Shown here: positions 46,683-55,384 of the stretch, in pieces
Layout of the letters: each line of letters begins with the position of its first letter
Position numbering within the stretch: the stretch's first letter is position 1
From: Clostridia bacterium
GTDB taxonomy: Bacteria > Bacillota > Clostridia > UBA1381
Assembly: GCA_036307445.1 (NCBI GenBank)
Contig: JAXJXP010000029.1
Span: 580 to 64,579, forward strand
Direction: 5' to 3'
Length of the DNA stretch: 64,000 bases
Made by a program: the position numbers and the translations under genes
Notes under the pieces: generated by a model
Told to the model about the DNA's origin: nothing
Seen by the model: the letters and a program-made list of their open reading frames with translations, nothing else
Database searches by the model: none

Positions 46683-48382
46683 TATAATCCAAGTTGTTTC
46701 TTTACATCTGCAAGAACATCATCAATCATCTTATCTGCGTATTCATAACTGTCAGCAGAAGTGCCAAGATAAATTTTGATTTTCGGCTCTGTACCTGACG
46801 GTCTTACAATGAAATATGTCTTTCCGTCAGATAAGCGATAGCTTAATACGTCTGATTTAGGAAGTCCTGTGTCATCGTTCTGGTAATCTGTAACAGAGGT
46901 TACATCCATACCAAAAGCAGAAGTAATCGGAGTTTTGCGGAGATTTGCAAGAAGCTCTGCCATCTTTTCCATTCCGTCCTTACCCGGCATCGTTATAGAA
47001 ATTGTTCTTTCTACAAAATAGCCGTACTTCTTATATATATTCTGCAATGCTTCATACGGAGACATACCCTTGGTTTTATAATATGCTGCCATTTCGGCAA
47101 TAAGCATAGTTGCAACTACACCGTCTTTATCCCTTGTGTGTGTTCCGACAAGATAGCCGTAGCTTTCCTCAAAGCCGATAAGGTATGTGTGTGAGCCTGT
47201 TTCTTCAAAGGCTGTCATCTTTTCACCAATATACTTGAAGCCTGTCAAAACATTCATTATTTCGGTGTTATAAGCCTTTGCAATAGCAGCGGCAAGCTCT
47301 GTTGTAACAATAGTCTTTATAACTACACCATTTGCAGGAAGTGTGCCGTTTTCCTCTTTTGCACGTAGAATATACTCGACAAGAAGTGCTCCAGTCTGGT
47401 TTCCGGTAAGCGTTCTGTATTCACCCTCAGCATCTCGAACAACTATTCCCACTCTGTCGCAATCGGGGTCGGTGCCGATAATCAAATCAACATCATTTTC
47501 CTTTGCAAGCTCAATCGCTCTTGTAAAGCCTTCTTTATTTTCAGGATTAGGCGATTTTACCGTCGGGAAGTTGCCGTCCTCTGTGTCCTGCTCTTCTACA
47601 ACAATAACATTTTTAAATCCAATTCTCTTTAAAACCTCTTTAATCGGCCTTGAGCCTGTTCCGTGGAACGGAGTGTAAACAAGGCGCATTGTGTCAGCAA
47701 CCTGATGAATAGCATCAGGTTTAATCTGCTGTTTCATTACGGTTGTGATAAACTTTTCATCAAGTGCATCGTCTGTATATGTAAGTAGTCCTGACTCAAA
47801 TGCTTCATCAAGTGTTACTATCTTCACTCCGTCAAACACATCACAAGCGGATATTGCATCAATAACAGTCTTAGCTGCCTCAGGCGGAAGCTGTCCGCCA
47901 TCAGGACCGTAAACCTTATATCCGTTATATTCCTTAGGATTATGGCTTGCTGTTATCATTACGCCCGCTGCGCAACCAAGCTCTCTTATACCAAAGGATA
48001 CCTCGGGTACCGAATGTACTTTAGGGAACAAATATGTTCTTATTCCGTTGGCACAAAGCACTCTGGCAGTTTCTTCAGCAAATACTCTTGAAAAGTTTCT
48101 TGTGTCATAACCAATAAGTACGCCTGCTTTTTTAGCCTCTTCACCTTCGACATTGACGTATTGAGCAACTCCCTGACTCGCCTGACGAACGTTATATATG
48201 TTTATTCTGTTAGTACCCATACCGAGTATACCGCGCATACCCGCAGTACCAAACTCAAGCTCACGGTAAAATCTTTCTTCAATCTCTTTTTCATCATCTG
48301 CAATTGCCATAAGCTCAGCTTTTTCCTCAGCGCTTAGCTCTTCCCTGTTTATCCATCTTTCATAATTTTCTTTATAACCCAT
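46682..48382 (-). CDS. pgcA: Phosphoglucomutase / phosphomannomutase (alpha-D-phosphohexomutase family)
   Basis: Active-site TASHNPKEYNGYK, metal loop GTDPDCDRVG, and GFEESYGY. Confidence 0.9.
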   Translation of the reverse strand: MGYKENYERWINREELSAEEKAELMAIADDEKEIEERFYRELEFGTAGMRGILGMGTNRINIYNVRQASQGVAQYVNVEGEEAKKAGVLIGYDTRNFSRVFAEETARVLCANGIRTYLFPKVHSVPEVSFGIRELGCAAGVMITASHNPKEYNGYKVYGPDGGQLPPEAAKTVIDAISACDVFDGVKIVTLDEAFESGLLTYTDDALDEKFITTVMKQQIKPDAIHQVADTMRLVYTPFHGTGSRPIKEVLKRIGFKNVIVVEEQDTEDGNFPTVKSPNPENKEGFTRAIELAKENDVDLIIGTDPDCDRVGIVVRDAEGEYRTLTGNQTGALLVEYILRAKEENGTLPANGVVIKTIVTTELAAAIAKAYNTEIMNVLTGFKYIGEKMTAFEETGSHTYLIGFEESYGYLVGTHTRDKDGVVATMLIAEMAAYYKTKGMSPYEALQNIYKKYGYFVERTISITMPGKDGMEKMAELLANLRKTPITSAFGMDVTSVTDYQNDDTGLPKSDVLSYRLSDGKTYFIVRPSGTEPKIKIYLGTSADSYEYADKMIDDVLADVKKQLGL

Positions 48383-48463
48383 TACTTTTTCCTCCTATTC
48401 ATATATTTAAATATATTATACACCATTTTTTTCCATATTTCAATCGGTTTTTAAATTATATAT

Positions 48464-48501
48464 AAAATAGACGGTACGGGAATGTCCGTACCGTCTATTT
48501 T
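48464..48501. terminator. Terminator closing the pfl operon
   Basis: TAGACGGTACGG-gaatgt-CCGTACCGTCTA (12-bp stem) with A/T-rich flanks. Confidence 0.75.
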
Positions 48502-48736
48502 ATATATTAGCATGAAATGTTCTTGAAATAACATCATCCTGCTGCTCTTTTGTAAGCTTTATAAAGTTCACAGCATAACCCGACACACGAACTGTAAGCT
48601 GCGGATATTTTTCCGGATGTTTCTGTGCATCAAGAAGTGTTTCTCTTGTGAACACATTAACATTCAGATGATGTCCGCCCTGTTTTGCATATCCGTCAAG
48701 CAATGATACAAGATTATCAACCTGCTGAGTTGCCAT
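48500..48736 (-). CDS. grcA: Stand-alone glycyl-radical domain protein (GrcA/YfiD-like), equivalent to the PFL C-terminus
   Basis: [55 protein letters not shown] aligns with the last ~75 residues of PflB, including the RVSGYAV radical-glycine motif. It has its own SD (GAAAGGA) and ATG. Confidence 0.9.
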   Translation of the reverse strand: MATQQVDNLVSLLDGYAKQGGHHLNVNVFTRETLLDAQKHPEKYPQLTVRVSGYAVNFIKLTKEQQDDVISRTFHANI

Positions 48737-48754
48737 AAAAAAACCATCCTTTCG

Positions 48755-48931
48755 TTATTTATCATCAATATCCTTATGCAATGTCGGCACACTGCACGCA
48801 CCGCCCTCTAACGAGCAAGAGGCGCAGTTTTCTACATTACTGATTTCTCCTGTCTTTACATTGATATGACCGCTGCCCTTTTTTATGCAATTATCAATCA
48901 TATCAACAAGCTTTTCATAATCCTTTTCCAT
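48755..48931 (-). CDS. Small 58-aa four-cysteine hypothetical protein between the PFL core and the glycyl-radical domain
   Basis: Hand translation gives MEKDYEKLVDMIDNCIKKGSGHINVKTGEISNVENCASCSLEGGACSVPTLHKDIDDK. AAGGAAG lies about 7 nt upstream, overlapping the stop region of the PFL core. It is below the track cutoff. Confidence 0.5.
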   Translation of the reverse strand: MEKDYEKLVDMIDNCIKKGSGHINVKTGEISNVENCASCSLEGGACSVPTLHKDIDDK

Positions 48932-48933
48932 AA

Positions 48934-50991
48934 TTATTCTTCCTTAAGCTTGTCAAGGTCAAACTCTCCCGAAAATGTCGTATCATCCTTACCGAGCGCA
49001 CCGGGAATAATTGAGAAAGTATTTGAAATACCGTCCTGTGCATCGTCAAACGGCAGCTTTGCAACTGATGCAAGAGATGCTACTGCACCGTGCGTATCAC
49101 GACCATGCATCGGATTTGCTCCCGGAGCAAGAGGCACGCCTTCCTTTCTGCCGTCAGGAGTGTTACCCGTCTTTTTGCCATATACAACATTTGATGTAAT
49201 AGTAAGTATGGACATTGTAGGTACACCGTCGCGGTAGGTATGATGCTTACGTATTTTATCCATAAAGCGTTCAACTATATCGACAGCAAGCTCGTCAACT
49301 CTATCATCATTATTGCCGTACTTCGGAAAATCTCCTTCAATATCGTAATCAATAACAATGCCGTTTTCATCACGGACACATTTAACCTTTGCATACTTAA
49401 TTGCACTCAAACTGTCAGCAACAACCGACAAGCCTGCAATACCTGTTGCAAAATATCTCTTAACATCACGGTCATGGAGCGCCATCTGAATACGTTCATA
49501 AGCATACTTATCGTGCATATAGTGAATGACATTGAGCGTATTTACATACAAACCTGCAAGCCATTCCATCATAGCATCGTATTTTTCCATAACATCGTCA
49601 AAGTGGAGATAATCACCCTGAACAGCACGGTATTTAGGTCCAACCTGAATTTTTAGTCTTTCATCAACACCGCCGTTGATAGCATACAAGAGACACTTGG
49701 CAAGATTTGCTCTTGCTCCGAAGAACTGCATCTCTTTTCCCACTCTCATAGAAGAAACACAGCAAGCAATTGCATAGTCATCACCATGCGTAACCCTCAT
49801 CAAGTCGTCATTTTCATATTGTATAGATGATGTCTTAATTGACATCTTAGCGCAGTATTCTTTAAACTTTCTCGGTAAATTCACTGACCACAATACAGTC
49901 ATATTGGGTTCTGGTGCTGTGCCAAGATTTTCAAGAGTATGAAGATATCTAAAGGAGTTCTTTGTTACAAGAGGTCTGCCGTCGATACCTACACCTGCTA
50001 TTGACTCTGTTACCCAGGTCGGGTCGCCTGAGAAAAGCTCATTATACTCAGGAGTTCTTGCAAATTTGATAAGACGCAGCTTCATAATAAAGTGGTCGAT
50101 ATACTCCTGAGCCTGCTGTTCGGTAATAATACCATTCTTTAAATCTCGTTCAATGTAAATATCAAGGAAAGTAGATGTTCTTCCCAAGCTCATCGCTGCT
50201 CCGTTTTGCTCTTTAACTGCAGCAAGGTAGCCAAAATAGAGCCACTGAATTGCTTCCTGTGCAGTTTGAGCAGGACGGGAAATATCATAGCCGTAAATCC
50301 TGCCAAGCTCACAAAGCTCGTCCAAAGCTCTGAGCTGCTCTGTAAGCTCCTCACGAAGTTGCATATTCTTCGCTGTCATACGCACAAGCGATGTATCAAG
50401 CTGATGCTTCTTATCCTCTTTAAGTCTGTCAACACCATAAAGAGCAACTCGGCGATAATCGCCAATAATTCTGCCTCTGCCATATGCATCAGGCAGGCCC
50501 GTTATAATTGCTGACTTTCTGGCAAGACGCATTTCAGGTGTATAAACATCAAATACTCCCTGATTATGTGTTTTTCTGTATTTAGTAAAAATTTCTACTA
50601 TTTCAGGATCTACCTCGTAACCGTTTTCCTTGCAAGCATTTTGTGCCATTCTTATTCCGCCAAAAGGTTGCAACGAACGTTTAAAAGGCTTATCTGTCTG
50701 AAAACCAACTATTTTTTCAAGTGATTTATCAAGATACCCTGCTTTGTGAGATGTAATAGTCGAAACAATATCTGTGTCCATATCAAGAACACCGCCAGCT
50801 TCACGTTCCTTCTTTGACAGCTCAGTAACCATTCCCCAAAGCTTTGTGGTAGCTTCGGTGGGCTGAGCAAGAAACTCCTCACCACCATCATACTGTGTAT
50901 AGTTTGTGAGAATAAAATCTCTGACATTTATATCATCACACCATGCACCGGGCACAAAGCCTTGCCATTCGTGTGCCATATCTCTTCTCAT
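48934..50991 (-). CDS. pflB: Pyruvate formate-lyase (formate C-acetyltransferase) catalytic core lacking the C-terminal glycyl-radical domain
   Basis: INVRDFI, the catalytic Cys pair in [29 protein letters not shown], and the C-terminal ...[12 protein letters not shown]. It then runs into a non-homologous 15-aa tail and a stop. Start set at MRRDMAHEW, after GAGGGGG. Confidence 0.9.
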   Translation of the reverse strand: MRRDMAHEWQGFVPGAWCDDINVRDFILTNYTQYDGGEEFLAQPTEATTKLWGMVTELSKKEREAGGVLDMDTDIVSTITSHKAGYLDKSLEKIVGFQTDKPFKRSLQPFGGIRMAQNACKENGYEVDPEIVEIFTKYRKTHNQGVFDVYTPEMRLARKSAIITGLPDAYGRGRIIGDYRRVALYGVDRLKEDKKHQLDTSLVRMTAKNMQLREELTEQLRALDELCELGRIYGYDISRPAQTAQEAIQWLYFGYLAAVKEQNGAAMSLGRTSTFLDIYIERDLKNGIITEQQAQEYIDHFIMKLRLIKFARTPEYNELFSGDPTWVTESIAGVGIDGRPLVTKNSFRYLHTLENLGTAPEPNMTVLWSVNLPRKFKEYCAKMSIKTSSIQYENDDLMRVTHGDDYAIACCVSSMRVGKEMQFFGARANLAKCLLYAINGGVDERLKIQVGPKYRAVQGDYLHFDDVMEKYDAMMEWLAGLYVNTLNVIHYMHDKYAYERIQMALHDRDVKRYFATGIAGLSVVADSLSAIKYAKVKCVRDENGIVIDYDIEGDFPKYGNNDDRVDELAVDIVERFMDKIRKHHTYRDGVPTMSILTITSNVVYGKKTGNTPDGRKEGVPLAPGANPMHGRDTHGAVASLASVAKLPFDDAQDGISNTFSIIPGALGKDDTTFSGEFDLDKLKEE

Positions 50992-51163
50992 ACTTCCTGC
51001 CCCTCTCTGTGTGTTATACATTTACCGATATACTCGGTACATATATAATATCATTACATCTGTTTTTTGTCAATATATTGTGTTAAGATTTATAGCAATT
51101 CGTTTCAAATGTCAAAATATTGTATACTTAATCAATGTAAATTATTCATTTTGACATATAAGA

Positions 51164-51210
51164 CAAAAAAACAGCACAACAAACACTAAAATAAGCGAAT
51201 GTTGTGCTGT
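51164..51210 (-). terminator. Terminator after the ferredoxin gene
   Basis: The minus strand reads ACAGCACAAC ... GTTGTGCTGT followed by TTTTTTT. Confidence 0.75.
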
Positions 51211-51224
51211 AATTCGTTATACGA

Positions 51225-51392
51225 TTACGCCTGAGGAGCACCTACCGGACAAACACCTGCACATGCACCGCAATCGATGCAAGTACCCTCATCAATAACG
51301 TATTTTGCATCTCCTTCGCTGATTGCGCCTACGGGACAAGCACCCGCACATGCACCACAGTTGATGCAATCATCACTGATTTTGTATGCCAT
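51225..51392 (-). CDS. fdx: 2x[4Fe-4S] clostridial-type ferredoxin (55 aa)
   Basis: MAYKISDDCINCGACAGACPVGAI...CIDCGACAGVCPVGA. AAGGAGGTG lies upstream of the ATG at 51392. Confidence 0.92.
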   Translation of the reverse strand: MAYKISDDCINCGACAGACPVGAISEGDAKYVIDEGTCIDCGACAGVCPVGAPQA

Positions 51393-51519
51393 TCGGAAAC
51401 ACCTCCTTATCAATACCACGCTGCCCGAACAGTTTCGTTAAACGCGTTTAATCCTAAAAACATATAATAGCAGCTATGCTGCATAATTATATTCAAACTC
51501 TATTGTAACACAAATACAT

Positions 51520-52392
51520 TTATTCTTCAAGGTTTTTTAGCAATTCTTCGTCATTTTTTTCAGAAACACGGTCAATCTTAGGCTTTTTAATGACCTTGAC
51601 TTCATCTACAGAATAATCTCTGTGAATTTTTTCCTTATCATTTTCTATACCAACCTTAAGCTGACCTTTAAGAAGACTGACATATTCTACTGTACCGACC
51701 CCCTCGGGCGTTTCAACAACAGCGCCCTGACGAGGTGTAACCTTCAAAAGCTCTTCATAAGTGTCCTGTTCAAACTTAAGACAGCACATAAGTCTGCCAC
51801 AAGAGCCTGAAATCTTGGTAGGATTAAGGGACAGTCCCTGTTCCTTTGCCATCTTAATTGAAACAGGCTCAAACTCACCCAAAAACTGTGCACAGCAAAG
51901 ACCTCTTCCGCAAATACCAATACTTCCCAAGGTCTTGGATTCATCTCGTGCACCTATCTGGCGAAGCTCTATTCGCGTACGGTAAACATTTGCAAGCTCT
52001 TTTACAAGTTCACGAAAATCTATACGTCCGTCTGCAGTAAAGTAGAACAAAATTTTAGAATTATCAAATGTGTACTCAACTTCGACAAGCTTCATTTCAA
52101 GCCCGTGCTTTGCAATCTTTTCGTTACAGAGCTTAAAAGCCTCTGCCTCTTTCTTCTTGTTTTCTTCAACAATACGAAAATCTTCCTCAGTAGCTATACG
52201 AATAACCGGTCTTAACGGTTTTTTAATCACACTGTCATCAGCATTATGTTCTCCGACAACAACCTCACCCATTTCAACACCGCGAGAGGTTTCAACTATT
52301 ACCGAATCACCTACATTAACCTCAACTCCCGCAGGGTCAAAGTGATATACCTTACCCACCTTCTTAAATCTGACACCTATTATTTTATACAT
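51520..52392 (-). CDS. ricT: PSP1-domain protein RicT/YaaT (stage 0 sporulation / regulatory iron-sulfur complex component)
   Basis: GVRFKKVGKVYHFDP N-terminus and the Cys cluster GICGRGLCCAQFL...CGRLMCCLKFE. Confidence 0.88.
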   Translation of the reverse strand: MYKIIGVRFKKVGKVYHFDPAGVEVNVGDSVIVETSRGVEMGEVVVGEHNADDSVIKKPLRPVIRIATEEDFRIVEENKKKEAEAFKLCNEKIAKHGLEMKLVEVEYTFDNSKILFYFTADGRIDFRELVKELANVYRTRIELRQIGARDESKTLGSIGICGRGLCCAQFLGEFEPVSIKMAKEQGLSLNPTKISGSCGRLMCCLKFEQDTYEELLKVTPRQGAVVETPEGVGTVEYVSLLKGQLKVGIENDKEKIHRDYSVDEVKVIKKPKIDRVSEKNDEELLKNLEE

Positions 52393-52521
52393 CTATTAAC
52401 TCCTTAGTTGTTTACAATTTATAAATCAATACATAAATTATATTACAATTCAATTTTATTGTCAAGTTAATAGATAAAAATCACCCAACAAAAAAAGGCC
52501 ACAAATGTGGTCCTTTCAATT

Positions 52522-52878
52522 TCAACTTCGTGCTTTTGGTTTAAATATAATTGCTGACAGAAGCCCGAGAATAACCGCAGCGCCAAGTCCTGTTCCACAT
52601 GCTTCAAAGCCGCCGCAAAGTACACCCATCAGACCTTTATCCGAAACCGCACGAAATACTCCTTTGCAAAGATTATATCCAAAACCTGTAAGAGGTACAG
52701 TCGCTCCTGCTCCGGCAAAATCAACAATATATTCATAAACTCCGATAAGTTCGAGAAAGACTCCAGCCACAACGTAAGATACAAGTATTCGTGCAGGAGT
52801 AAGCTTTGTTTTGTCAATTAGAATCTGTCCTATTACACATATAAGACCACCCACTATAAAGGCCTTTAAAAAATTCAT
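52522..52878 (-). CDS. spoVAE: Stage V sporulation protein AE
   Basis: 118-aa membrane protein with the typical SpoVAEb sequence (FIVGGLICVIGQILID ... VPLTGFG). Confidence 0.85.
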   Translation of the reverse strand: MNFLKAFIVGGLICVIGQILIDKTKLTPARILVSYVVAGVFLELIGVYEYIVDFAGAGATVPLTGFGYNLCKGVFRAVSDKGLMGVLCGGFEACGTGLGAAVILGLLSAIIFKPKARS

Positions 52879-52879
52879 A

Positions 52880-53890
52880 TTATTTTACTCCTTCTAATAT
52901 TAATGCGTGCGCAACAGATGGAATTGACTCTCCCTGATTTATTGCCTGCGTATTCATAAGAGCGCCGGTTGCCATCAAAATCATCTTTTTAATCTTTCCA
53001 GCTTGCAGCTTTTTAATAGTATCTGCACAAAAAACGCTTGCAATACAACCGCATCCGCTGCCGCCGGCGTGCACGTCCTGCTCTTTAATATTAAATATCA
53101 GACAACCGCAATCTTTGTGTTTTTTCTTTATATCAAAGCCGTTTTCAAGCATTAAATCACAGAGAATATCCGAGCCAACCACCCCCAAATCACCGCTCAG
53201 GATTAAGTCATAGTCATCAGGATTTGTGCCCGTATCCTTGAATAGCGCCGTTAGAGTATCAGCAGCCGCAGGTGCCATTGCAGTACCCATATTTGATGCA
53301 TCCGAAATTCCCATATCAACAATTCTGCCCGGTGTAGCTCCCAAAATCCTAACTCCGTCACCCTCTTCAACAAGACAGGCACCGGATGCTGTAACTGTCC
53401 ACTGAGCTGTCGGAGAACGCTGACCACCATAATTGAGCGGCAGTCGAAACTGTTTTTCAGCCGAACAATAATGACTTGATGTTACAAATATACTCCGCTC
53501 GCTACAGCCCGAGTCAACCGACATTGCGGCCATTATCATTCCCTCGCAGAATGTCGAGCAAGCACCAAACAGGCCAAAAAACGGCACTCTCATATCCTTC
53601 AAGCCATAGTGTGCACCGACACACTGATTAAGCAAATCTCCCGCAAATATACAGTTAATATCGCTTTCGCATATTCCCCTTTTGTCAATCACAAGCTTAA
53701 CACATTCTCTTTGTAGCTTGCTCTCACTTCTCTCCCAGCTCTTTTCTCCCCATGTGTCATCCGTTAATGTAACATCAAACAAATTCCCAAGCGGCCCTTC
53801 TCCTTCCTTTTTACCGGCAATTGACGCATATGACGTAATTGCAGGCCGTCTGTCAAATACAAAGGTTTGTTTTCCCTTTCTGCTGCTCAT
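52880..53890 (-). CDS. spoVAD: Stage V sporulation protein AD
   Basis: 336-aa thiolase-fold-like protein directly upstream of spoVAE. The conserved N-terminal region is SYASIAGKKEGEGPL. Confidence 0.85.
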   Translation of the reverse strand: MSSRKGKQTFVFDRRPAITSYASIAGKKEGEGPLGNLFDVTLTDDTWGEKSWERSESKLQRECVKLVIDKRGICESDINCIFAGDLLNQCVGAHYGLKDMRVPFFGLFGACSTFCEGMIMAAMSVDSGCSERSIFVTSSHYCSAEKQFRLPLNYGGQRSPTAQWTVTASGACLVEEGDGVRILGATPGRIVDMGISDASNMGTAMAPAAADTLTALFKDTGTNPDDYDLILSGDLGVVGSDILCDLMLENGFDIKKKHKDCGCLIFNIKEQDVHAGGSGCGCIASVFCADTIKKLQAGKIKKMILMATGALMNTQAINQGESIPSVAHALILEGVK

Positions 53891-53956
53891 AAAATCACCT
53901 CTTAGGTATTTTCACCACAAGATACATTTTTATACAGAAAAAGGACCGATTTATAA

Positions 53957-54631
53957 TCAGTCCTCTTCTCCATCTATCTTTTTTCTTATATCCATCATTT
54001 TAAGGTCTGTTTCTGATATTGTATCAGCACAGACTTTCAGTTCAGCAAAAATTTCTTTTGCATTTTCCACATTCTTTTTATACTTCATACCATGCTCAAG
54101 ACTTGCCCAAAAATCCATTGCTATTGTTCGGAACTGCACTTCAACACGTATCTGCTGTTTTCTGTCCGAAAAGAAAACAGGGACTTCAATTATCATATGA
54201 TAACTTCTGTATCCGTTAGGCTTAGGATTTTTAATGTAATCCTTTATCTCTATAAGTGTTATGTCATCCTGACGAAGAAGCATATCTGCAACAACATAAA
54301 TATCGTCCAGAAATGCACATATAATTCTTACTCCAGCAACATCATTAAGGTTATTTACAATTGAGTCTATTGTAACATCAAGGCCTCTTCTTCTAAGTTT
54401 TTCCGAAATGCTCTCCGGGCTCTTAATCCTCGTCTTAATCATTTCTATCGGATTTCTGCTGTATCTTACACTCAGGTCATCATTCAAAACCTCGAACTTT
54501 GTCTGCACCTCACGGATTGCACAATTGTACATAGTCATTAGCTGTTCAAACATCTTGACCTTTTTAAACAACTCAATTCCGTCTTTAGGGAGGTTTCGTT
54601 CAGGTATTATCAGATTTAGTTCATTTTCCAT
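53957..54631 (-). CDS. relQ: Small alarmone synthetase (RelQ/RelP-type GTP pyrophosphokinase)
   Basis: RelA_SpoT synthetase domain (RIKSPESISEKLRR, DVAGVRIIC, GYRSYHMII, EVQFRTIAMDFWASLEH). Start set at MENELNL, after AAGGTGGAGGAAC. Confidence 0.88.
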   Translation of the reverse strand: MENELNLIIPERNLPKDGIELFKKVKMFEQLMTMYNCAIREVQTKFEVLNDDLSVRYSRNPIEMIKTRIKSPESISEKLRRRGLDVTIDSIVNNLNDVAGVRIICAFLDDIYVVADMLLRQDDITLIEIKDYIKNPKPNGYRSYHMIIEVPVFFSDRKQQIRVEVQFRTIAMDFWASLEHGMKYKKNVENAKEIFAELKVCADTISETDLKMMDIRKKIDGEED

Positions 54632-54654
54632 TTGTTCCTCCACCTTAAACCATA

Positions 54655-55029
54655 TCAGGTTTTCTTTACAAACTCATATCTGCAATGTGGACAACTAATT
54701 GCTATTTTCCCCTTTTTCTTCGGCACCTTTGTAACCTTACGGCAATTAGGGCATTTGAAATAGCGATAGTATCTTCTGTCTCTTTTCAGATATGCTTTGA
54801 TTTTGAACATCAATTCCATATACTTTCTGTTTTCATTCATACGGTAAACCGTGTTTTTTGACAGTATTCTGAAAATGCACCAGAAAAGCAAAGTATACGC
54901 AAGTGCAATGCATACACTTCCAAAAAAACCGCTCAGTATCATAAGAACAGCCGATGTAATTGCAAGTGCCTGACCAAGCTTATCAAAGCCATATCTTCCT
55001 ATCATAAATTTTCTTATTGAATCAAACAT
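54655..55029 (-). CDS. Membrane protein with a C-terminal zinc ribbon
   Basis: Two hydrophobic helices, then CPNC...17 residues...CPHC. AAGGAGAA SD upstream. Confidence 0.6.
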   Translation of the reverse strand: MFDSIRKFMIGRYGFDKLGQALAITSAVLMILSGFFGSVCIALAYTLLFWCIFRILSKNTVYRMNENRKYMELMFKIKAYLKRDRRYYRYFKCPNCRKVTKVPKKKGKIAISCPHCRYEFVKKT

Positions 55030-55116
55030 TGAAATTCTCCTTAAGCTTCTTTAACAACATTTTATACGAGCTTGGAAAATAAATCAATAGAGTTTACTCT
55101 TTGTTTACATTAAATT

Positions 55117-55220
55117 AACAAAAAACGGACTGTTTCGGGGTGGGTTATCCGAAACAGTCCGGCGGGTTTTGTTTGTGAGTAAATATCAAATGTGTGTCTG
55201 TGGAAAGATACCTGCTCACT
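55117..55220 (-). ncRNA. Candidate ~100-nt small RNA or terminator-containing 5' leader
   Basis: On the minus strand, TTGCAA-N17-TATAAT (55255-55227) is followed by a long imperfect hairpin (TGTGAGT...ACTCACA). A 13-bp terminator stem follows (CGGACTGTTTCGG...CCGAAACAGTCCG), then TTTTTT. No ORF is present. Confidence 0.4.
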
Positions 55221-55384
55221 CACATCATTATAATACAAGATTTGGAATTTTGCAAGAACAATTTTATTTAATCTTTATTCTCTTGCCAATCACACATTGA
55301 CAGAAATTCAAAAATTTGCTAATATAAATAGGAACTTTAGTTAAAAATACACTTAAAATTATATTACAAAGGCAGGGCACAATA

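Noticed and set aside
48737-48933. A group I intron or intein interrupting pflB, by analogy with the phage T4 nrdD intron.
   Set aside because: The interruption is only about 200 nt. It is almost completely filled by a 58-aa ORF with its own SD. The downstream exon-like part has an independent SD and ATG. No intein blocks (Cys/Ser1 ... HN-Cys/Ser/Thr) or obvious P3-P8 group I core pairings were seen. I cannot fully exclude RNA processing without experimental data.
51060-51125. The repeated TGTCAA(T/A)ATATTG elements upstream of pflB as a dedicated regulator site (for example Rex or Fnr-like).
   Set aside because: On the coding strand they read ACAATAT(A/T)TTGACA and simply contain -35 hexamers of two plausible tandem promoters. 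They match neither the Rex (TTGTGAAnnnnTTCACAA) nor the FNR/CRP (TTGATnnnnATCAA) consensus.
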